From assembly GCA_031379565.1 (NCBI GenBank), contig JANNFH010000268.1, forward strand, positions 1 to 36,359: a stretch of 36,359 nucleotides of DNA, read 5' to 3'. Position numbers and translations under genes: made by a program. The notes under the pieces are model-generated. The model was not told the DNA's origin, ran no database searches, and saw only the letters and a list, made by a program, of their open reading frames with translations. The number at the start of each line of letters is the position of its first letter. Within the stretch, counting starts at the first letter, position 1. This DNA is from Alphaproteobacteria bacterium. GTDB taxonomy: Bacteria; Pseudomonadota; Alphaproteobacteria; Caulobacterales; Aquidulcibacteraceae. This document shows positions 29,850 through 36,359 of the stretch, piece by piece.

Positions 29850-30445
29850 GGCGCGCCTCTCGGCAAAGTGACGTGCGGCGCGCGCAGGTAGAGCGGATTC
29901 GGCGCGTGGCGCGCGGGATCGAGGCGTGCGGCGCGTCGCGCCAGCGCTTCGACATTGGGAACGGCGCCAGGGTCGCGCAATGCAAACGCGCGGCCCATCG
30001 CGGATAGCTCGATCAAACTGGCGTGCTCGCCGTGTTCGATCGCGCGCGGCGCGATCAACTCGGCGCCGTCGTCATACAAAGCAAGGTATGCGGCGCCCGG
30101 CGTTTCAATCAGCGCTCCGCGAAGGCCGCCCTCCCCCGCCTCAAGCGCCAATGCTTCCAGAGTAGAGACGCCTACGCACGGCTTTTCCAGCGCCAGCGCC
30201 AACGCACGCGCAAACGACAAGCCGACGCGTACGCCGGTGAACGAGCCCGGCCCTGTCGTCACGGCGATGCGATCAACCTCAGCGAACGCAGCGCCTGCTT
30301 GCTGCATCGCTTCGCGCGCCATTGGCGCCAGCCGCTCGGCTTGGCCGCGCGACATAGCCTCGCTGAGCACGGCGAGGGTCTCGCCATCCTGCACCAAGGA
30401 AACAGAACATGCGTCAAGCGCCGTATCCAGAGAAAGCACGATCAT
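29846..30445 (-). CDS. tsaB: tRNA threonylcarbamoyladenosine biosynthesis protein TsaB
   Basis: [28 protein letters not shown]; start MIVLSLD (30445), alternative 30457. Confidence 0.95.
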   Translation of the reverse strand: MIVLSLDTALDACSVSLVQDGETLAVLSEAMSRGQAERLAPMAREAMQQAGAAFAEVDRIAVTTGPGSFTGVRVGLSFARALALALEKPCVGVSTLEALALEAGEGGLRGALIETPGAAYLALYDDGAELIAPRAIEHGEHASLIELSAMGRAFALRDPGAVPNVEALARRAARLDPARHAPNPLYLRAPHVTLPRGAP

Positions 30446-30464
30446 GGGCGGCCGCACACACGGC

Positions 30465-31040
30465 TCACACCACCTGCTCCACCCGGTTCACTTCCGGCAC
30501 GTAATGCTTGAGCATGTTTTCGATTCCCTGCTTCAACGTCAGGGCCGAGGACGGGCAGCCGGCGCACGCGCCCCGCATGTTGAGCCGCACTACGCCGCCT
30601 TCGTGATCCCAGGAATGGAAGGTGATGTCGCCGCCGTCGCGCGCGACCGCTGGGCGCACGCGCGCCTCGATGATGGCCTTAATCTCTTTGACGATGCCAG
30701 CGGCCTCGCCCTCATAAGCGATTTCGGCCTCCTGCTCGTCTTGAGCGGCGCCTGCCTCCGCGAGCACCGGGCGACCCGAAATGTAATGATCCATGATCGC
30801 GGCAAGCACGTGGGGCTTCAGGTGGGGCCACTCGATAGCCTCCGCCTTGGTCACGGTGAGAAAATCGCCGCCAAGATAAACCCGCTCCACGCCATCAATC
30901 GCCATCACAATCTGCGCCAGGGGAGACGACGCGGCAGCGTCAGTATCGGCGAAGTCTCGCGAGCCGGCGCCGAGCACGTCGCGTCCGGGCAGAAATTTGA
31001 GCGTGCGCGGGTTGGGGGTGGATTCAGTCTGGATGAACAT
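30465..31040 (-). CDS. nfuA: NifU/Nfu-type Fe-S cluster carrier
   Basis: [12 protein letters not shown]-domain, [21 protein letters not shown] (CxxC). Confidence 0.93.
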   Translation of the reverse strand: MFIQTESTPNPRTLKFLPGRDVLGAGSRDFADTDAAASSPLAQIVMAIDGVERVYLGGDFLTVTKAEAIEWPHLKPHVLAAIMDHYISGRPVLAEAGAAQDEQEAEIAYEGEAAGIVKEIKAIIEARVRPAVARDGGDITFHSWDHEGGVVRLNMRGACAGCPSSALTLKQGIENMLKHYVPEVNRVEQVV

Positions 31041-31048
31041 GCTGGGGT

Positions 31049-31579
31049 TCAGGTGGGCGTTGCAGCCGCTGCGGTCAAGCCGGCGGCGGCGGCGCCTACG
31101 GGGAGCGCCAGAGCGCGAATCTCATCCCGGCTCAACGATCCGGGCACCACCAGCACCGGGACGGCGCGCCCGCCTAAGCCCTGTTTGCCAAGCTGGGCGA
31201 CGAGCGGCCCCGGTCCGCCCGGGCCTTGCGCCGCCGCAAGCACCACCAGCTTAATCGAGCGATCGTCCTCCAGAAGTTTGCGCATTTCGGGCTTCAAATC
31301 GCCCTCACGCAGCACCGGCTCGGCGCTGATGCCGCATTCGGCCCAAATCTCGGCGGCGAAGCGTTGGGTCAGGCTTTCGGCGGCGTCCTGCGCTTGCCGG
31401 CGTATTTCCTCCGAGATCGTCGCCCATGGTGCAGGGTCCGAAGGCTCAATCACGCGCAACATGACGAGCCGCCAACCCGCACCCCGCGCTACAATGCCGG
31501 CGTAGGTGAGCGCGGCGGGAAATTCCGCGCTTTCATCCGCGATGACGAGACAGGCGAATTGCGCAGCCATGGTCTGCAT
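31049..31579 (-). CDS. Universal stress protein family
   Basis: FACLVIADES, GPGPLV...VPVLVVPGSLS; usual trpS-usp-nfu position. Start may be 31570. Confidence 0.85.
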   Translation of the reverse strand: MQTMAAQFACLVIADESAEFPAALTYAGIVARGAGWRLVMLRVIEPSDPAPWATISEEIRRQAQDAAESLTQRFAAEIWAECGISAEPVLREGDLKPEMRKLLEDDRSIKLVVLAAAQGPGGPGPLVAQLGKQGLGGRAVPVLVVPGSLSRDEIRALALPVGAAAAGLTAAAATPT

Positions 31580-31603
31580 GCTTGGCGCAAACCGCCCCTC
31601 GCT

Positions 31604-32638
31604 TCAAGCGCGCCAGAAGCCCGCGAGACGACGCACGTCGTCCATCACCGGTTGGGCGATGGCGCGCGCGCCTTCCGCCCCCTCGCGCAAGATGGCGTCA
31701 ATGGCGGCCGGATCGGCCAGCAGCCGGCGTATCTCAGAAGCAATTGGCGCAAGCTGCGCCACAAGCAAATCAGCAAGCGCCGGCTTAAACGCACCGAAGC
31801 CTTTGCCGCCAAACTCGCGCAACACCTCCGCCGGCAACCTGTCGGAGGCGGCGGCATAAATGCCGACAAGGTTTTCGACTTCAGGCCGTCCCTTCAAACC
31901 CTCCACGCTTTCAGGGAGTGGATTGGAATCCGTCGTCGCTTTCTTGATTTTGCTCGTTATGGCGTCGGCATCGTCGGTGAGATTGATCCGCGTCATGTCC
32001 GATGGATCGGATTTCGACATCTTCTTGGCGCCATCACGCAAGCTCATGATGCGCGCGCCTGGGCCCTGGATCAGCGGCGCCGGCAACGGAAAAAAGCCTG
32101 GCGCTTCGTAATCATTGTTGAACTTCTGAGCGATGTCCCTGGCCAATTCCAGATGCTGCTTCTGATCTTCGCCGACCGGCACATGCGTGGCTTTGTAAAG
32201 CAGGATGTCGGCGGCCTGCAGCACGGGATAGGCGAATAGCCCCACCGACATGCGCTCGGCATGCTGGCCGGCCTTATCCTTGAACTGGGTCATCCGCTCA
32301 AGCCAGCCCATGCGGGCGACGCAAGCGAATATCCACGCCAATTCGGCATGCTCACGCACTGCCGATTGCGCGAAGATGATCGACTTCTTGGAATCAACGC
32401 CGGCGGCCAGATAGGCGGCGGCGACCTCGCGCGTCTTCTGCGCGATTTCCCTCGGATCGGGGCCAGCGGTGATCGCGTGCAGATCGACAACACAATAGAG
32501 GCTTGAATATTTGTGTTGCAACGCGACCCATTTTTTGAGCGCGCCGAGATAATTGCCCAGGTGCAGCCCGTTGGTGGGCTGCATGCCGGAAAAGACACGC
32601 AACGGGCCTGAATAAGCGGGCGGGGGTGCGTCGGACAT
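31604..32638 (-). CDS. trpS: Tryptophan--tRNA ligase
   Basis: SGMQPT..LHLGNY (HIGH), [22 protein letters not shown]. Confidence 0.98.
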   Translation of the reverse strand: MSDAPPPAYSGPLRVFSGMQPTNGLHLGNYLGALKKWVALQHKYSSLYCVVDLHAITAGPDPREIAQKTREVAAAYLAAGVDSKKSIIFAQSAVREHAELAWIFACVARMGWLERMTQFKDKAGQHAERMSVGLFAYPVLQAADILLYKATHVPVGEDQKQHLELARDIAQKFNNDYEAPGFFPLPAPLIQGPGARIMSLRDGAKKMSKSDPSDMTRINLTDDADAITSKIKKATTDSNPLPESVEGLKGRPEVENLVGIYAAASDRLPAEVLREFGGKGFGAFKPALADLLVAQLAPIASEIRRLLADPAAIDAILREGAEGARAIAQPVMDDVRRLAGFWRA

Positions 32639-32749
32639 GGACGGATGACTCCAGAGAGTGGGAACGGCGCGCGGGCGCCCGCGCAGATCAAGCGTGCGAG
32701 GTCAGCGCCGCCATCGTCCGTTCAGGGTCACGTCCATCGGCGTTTTCTA

Positions 32750-34354
32750 TCAGCCCTCAAGGCCCGGCGGCAAGCCGCCTGCCGCGCCGGCCGGCCCGCG
32801 CTCACGCCGAAACGCGGCCCGTACTTCGCCGATCGTCACCGCGCGCACCAGGAAGGCGACGATGAAATAGAGCGTGCCCCCAGCAAGGATGAGCGTGGCG
32901 ACCGCCGCTTCCTTGGAGCCGAACGCCGTCTCGAACGCGGCGCGGTTTGCATTCGCCGTCCACATCAACGCAAACAGCACCGCGGACGCGAGTAGGATAC
33001 GCGCGAGACGGGCATAGGCCGCAGGCGTCGGCGCATAGGCGCCGCGGCGGTTCAGCGAGCGGATCATCAGCCCGACATTGAGCCAAGCCGCCGCGCTGGT
33101 GGCGATGGCGAGGCCGGGAAAGCCATGCACGCCGGCGGCGCGGAAGCTAAAGAAGAGCCCGGCGCCCAGCGCGACATTGAGCGCCATCGACGTGAGCGCA
33201 TAACGCATCGGCGCTTTTGTATCTTCACGAGCGAAGAAGGCCGGCGCGTAGATTTTCGCCAGCACGAACGCCGGCACGCCCCAGCCGTAATGGAACAGCG
33301 CCTGTCCGACATTGTTTGCATCTTCCGACGTGAACGCCCCGCGCGCGAACAAGCCGTCGATCAAATAGGCGGGCATCGCCAGCAGCGCCGCCGCCGCCGG
33401 GAGCGTGAACGCCATCGCCAGCGCCACCGCTTCGTCGAGTGCGGCACGCCCGCCCGGCGCATCGCCTTCATGCACAAGCCGCGCGAGCTTCGGCAACATC
33501 GCCACGCCGACGGCGATGCCGATCAGTCCAAGCGGCAGCTGATAAAGCCGGTCGGCGACGTTGAGGTAGGTAATCGCCCCCGGCTCGAACGAAGCCAGCG
33601 CCTGGCTCACCAGAACATTGATTTGCAACGCGCCGCCGGCGATGGCGCCCGGAATCGCCAGCGCCACGAGGCGCTTTACCCCGCTGGTGATGCGCGGCGC
33701 GGTGAGGCCCGAACTGGCGCCGGCGCGCCGGGCCCCCAGCCACACCCAGATCGCCTGCAGCAATCCCGATACCGTCACCGCCGCCGCCGCAGCAAACGCG
33801 GCGTTGCGGGGATCGTCGCGCACCGGCCACACCGCGACGAGCAGGCAGAGATTTAGCAAAATTGGCGCGGCGGCCGCGACAAAGAACTTGCCCCGCGCAT
33901 TGAGCACGCCGGAATACAGCGTCGCGGCGGTCATACACACCAGATACGGCATGGTGATTTGCGTCAGCACTGTCGCCAGCGCGAAGGTAGCTGGGTCATT
34001 AGCGTAGCCGACGAACAGGACGCGGTTGATCCAATGCATGCCCAAAATGGCGAGCGCCGTCAGGATCCCTGTCGCCAGCAACAGCACCGACAAGGCTTCC
34101 GCCGCGAGACGGTCTGCCTCCGCCTCGCCTTCGCTCGCCAGCGTTTTGGCGTAGACTGGCACGAACGCTTGACTAAAGGCGCCCTCGGCGAACAGACGCC
34201 GGAATAGATTGGGGAAGCGCAAAGCGGCATAGAACGCGTCGGCGACAGGCCCCGCGCCAAGCGCGGCGGCCAAGATCAAATCGCGGGCAAAGCCAAGCAG
34301 CCGCGAAATCAAGGTGAGGCCGCCAATGATTGCGGTGTTGCGGACGAGACTCAT
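32750..34354 (-). CDS. murJ: Lipid II flippase MurJ (MviN)
   Basis: SRLLGFARD, PNLFRRLFAEGAFSQAFVP, ADRLYQLPLG. Confidence 0.96.
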   Translation of the reverse strand: MSLVRNTAIIGGLTLISRLLGFARDLILAAALGAGPVADAFYAALRFPNLFRRLFAEGAFSQAFVPVYAKTLASEGEAEADRLAAEALSVLLLATGILTALAILGMHWINRVLFVGYANDPATFALATVLTQITMPYLVCMTAATLYSGVLNARGKFFVAAAAPILLNLCLLVAVWPVRDDPRNAAFAAAAAVTVSGLLQAIWVWLGARRAGASSGLTAPRITSGVKRLVALAIPGAIAGGALQINVLVSQALASFEPGAITYLNVADRLYQLPLGLIGIAVGVAMLPKLARLVHEGDAPGGRAALDEAVALAMAFTLPAAAALLAMPAYLIDGLFARGAFTSEDANNVGQALFHYGWGVPAFVLAKIYAPAFFAREDTKAPMRYALTSMALNVALGAGLFFSFRAAGVHGFPGLAIATSAAAWLNVGLMIRSLNRRGAYAPTPAAYARLARILLASAVLFALMWTANANRAAFETAFGSKEAAVATLILAGGTLYFIVAFLVRAVTIGEVRAAFRRERGPAGAAGGLPPGLEG

Positions 34355-34378
34355 CGATTCCCCAGGCGGCAGCGCTTC

Positions 34379-36359
34379 CTAGCGCGCGGTTGACGCGCGC
34401 GCCACCGTCAATGCTGGTTTGGCCGCGTCGGCCGGCGGCTCGGCGGCGCGGAGCACGATTTCAAGCTTGCTGGATAGCGCCGCCACGCGGCGTGGGCGCG
34501 TAATCTGCCCGCCTCCCTCTTCCTGCACATAGAAAACGTCCGACACCCGTTCGCCATAAGGATCGAGGTGCGCGGTGACGATGGTGACCTTGGCCTCCGC
34601 CAGGACGCGCGCGAGTTCGGCCAGTAGGCCCGGCCGATCGCGCCCCGACGCCTCGATGATTGTGGCGTCTGGCGACAGGTCGTTGTCGATGCGCACCCAA
34701 GGTTCGATTCGGAACGCCGCGGTCCGGCGCGGCGGGGGTTGCGGCGGCGGCGGCGCGTGATCTTCGATCGCGGCGCGGTGCAAACGCGCCAGCATCGAGT
34801 CAAGCATATGCGGATCGGTCAATCCAAACGGCTTGTGGTTAGTGGTTTGCACCGAGAATACGTCGAACGCCGCGCCGTCCCTGGTTGTGTGAATGCGCGC
34901 ATCGGCGATGTCGGCGCCACTGGCGGAGATCGCCGATGCGAGGCTCGCGAACAGGCCTGGCCTATCGCCCGCGTAAATCAGGATTTCCGTGACGCCCTGC
35001 TGAACCCGGTGCCGCGCCGCCGCGTGCGGTATGGCGCGGTTTCGGCGCGCATTCATGATCTCTTCGGCATGCCAAATCAGAGCGCCGCGATCGTGGCTGA
35101 GCCAGTACCCGTCCTCCAGCGCCTCGATCCAGGCGCAATCCTGCGGGTGGCCCAAATGATGAAGTACAGCTTGCTTGGCTTCATGGGCGCTTGCGGCCAA
35201 TTGCTGGCGCACGCTCTCCTCGTCAGAGCGCCCACCGTGAAACGCCGCTTCCGTGAAGCGGTACAATTCGCGCAGCAATTGGCCCTTCCAATCGTTCCAA
35301 AGCGCGGGCCCTACGGCGCGAATATCAGCCACGGTCAACACCAGCAGCAAGCGCAGCTTTTCCAACGATCCGACTTGCTTGGCGAATTGCGCAATCGTGC
35401 GCGGATCGCTGAGGTCCCGCTTTTGGGCGGTGTCGCTCATCATCAGGTGATGGCGCACAAGCCAGGCGACCAGATCCGCCTCCTCCGCCGGCACGCCGAG
35501 CCGCTCGCATGCGCAGCGCGCGGATTTTTCCCCCTCGATCTGCTGATCGCCGTCGCCTTTGCCGGTGTCGTGCAGCAGCATGGCGAGATAAAGCGCGCGG
35601 CGGTTGATGATTTTCGGGAAGATCAACGTCGCCAAGGGATGTTCTGCTTTGTGCCGGCCTTTCTCGATTTCGGAAATGATCTCAATGCCGCGCAGCGTGT
35701 GCTCATCCACAGTGAAATGATGATACATGTTGAACTGCATCTGCGCGACGATGCGGCCAAATTCCGGGAGGAAGCGCCCCAGCACGCCGGCTTCGTTCAT
35801 CAGCCCAAGCGCCGCGGCGGGCTGGCGCGGCGAAGCAACGAGATCGAGGAAAGCGGCGTTTGCATCGGGGTCGCGCCGCACTGACGCCGTGATGAGCCTA
35901 AGCCGGCGCGCAGCCTCGCCCAAGGCAGCGGGATGCACGTCGAGGCTGAGTTCGTCCGCTATCGCGAACAACCGAATGAGATTGACCGGCTGGTCGAGCG
36001 TATCAGGCGCTACGATATTGAGACGACCGCTTTCCACGCAAAAACCGGCCGGGGCCGGCGCCTGTTGTTTCGAGCGCGGCCCGGGCAGCAGCCGCTGAAG
36101 TCCTTTCGGCGCGCGCTTGGCTTGGTCGGCCTCAAGTTTAGCGCAGAGCACGCGCGTCAGCGCGCCAACGCGCTTGGCCACCAGGAAATAGCGCTTCATG
36201 AAGCGCTCGCCTTGGCTCTGGTTGCGGCGTTCGCCATAGCCCAGGCGGCGGGCGAGCTCCGGCTGCACGTTGAAGCTCAGCCGCTCCTCGGCGCGGCCCG
36301 CTATCACATGCAGATGGCAGCGCACGGTCCAAAGGAATTCCTGCGCGCGCTGGAATGCG
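34379..36359 (-). CDS. glnD: [Protein-PII] uridylyltransferase, 5' part outside the window
   Basis: Frame open to the window edge (AFQRAQEFLWTVRCHLH); HD domain YHHFTVDEH...LLHDTGKG; two ACT domains (DRPGLF, DRPGLL). Confidence 0.96.
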   Translation of the reverse strand, partial: AFQRAQEFLWTVRCHLHVIAGRAEERLSFNVQPELARRLGYGERRNQSQGERFMKRYFLVAKRVGALTRVLCAKLEADQAKRAPKGLQRLLPGPRSKQQAPAPAGFCVESGRLNIVAPDTLDQPVNLIRLFAIADELSLDVHPAALGEAARRLRLITASVRRDPDANAAFLDLVASPRQPAAALGLMNEAGVLGRFLPEFGRIVAQMQFNMYHHFTVDEHTLRGIEIISEIEKGRHKAEHPLATLIFPKIINRRALYLAMLLHDTGKGDGDQQIEGEKSARCACERLGVPAEEADLVAWLVRHHLMMSDTAQKRDLSDPRTIAQFAKQVGSLEKLRLLLVLTVADIRAVGPALWNDWKGQLLRELYRFTEAAFHGGRSDEESVRQQLAASAHEAKQAVLHHLGHPQDCAWIEALEDGYWLSHDRGALIWHAEEIMNARRNRAIPHAAARHRVQQGVTEILIYAGDRPGLFASLASAISASGADIADARIHTTRDGAAFDVFSVQTTNHKPFGLTDPHMLDSMLARLHRAAIEDHAPPPPQPPPRRTAAFRIEPWVRIDNDLSPDATIIEASGRDRPGLLAELARVLAEAKVTIVTAHLDPYGERVSDVFYVQEEGGGQITRPRRVAALSSKLEIVLRAAEPPADAAKPALTVARASTAR

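Noticed and set aside
32639-32749. T-box or attenuator upstream of trpS
   Set aside because: Too short for a T-box, and no T-box sequence, Trp leader peptide or terminator is visible.

Overview
High-GC alphaproteobacterial chromosomal segment; gene content and order suggest Caulobacterales/Hyphomonadaceae (inference). It is mostly housekeeping and mostly on the minus strand. Reading from the right end in the direction of transcription: glnD (partial)-murJ-trpS-usp-nfuA-tsaB-rimI-fur-miaB-phoH-ybeY-corC-like-lnt-XRE HTH-metK-O-methyltransferase. Next comes the TCA cluster mdh-sucC-sucD-sucA-sucB-lpdA, interrupted by accessory genes (GNATs, M28 peptidase, DUF2306, truncated LytTR, MFS, chrA, secreted ORFan, TMEM175, VOC). 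The left end holds a CPBP protease, a 74-aa histone-H1-like basic protein, xerC and divergent priA (partial). I found no rRNA, tRNA, CRISPR array, transposase, prophage or recognisable defence system, and I cannot support a complete novel multi-gene system. The best leads are small-scale: a 108-nt palindromic element read in frame inside chrA, a different REP-like doublet between priA and xerC, the K/R-rich protein beside xerC, two mutually exclusive hairpins in the chrA leader, a deletion scar leaving half a LytTR gene, and a 2-aa duplication next to the TMEM175 FSD motif. All family calls come from motif recognition by eye, not database searches.
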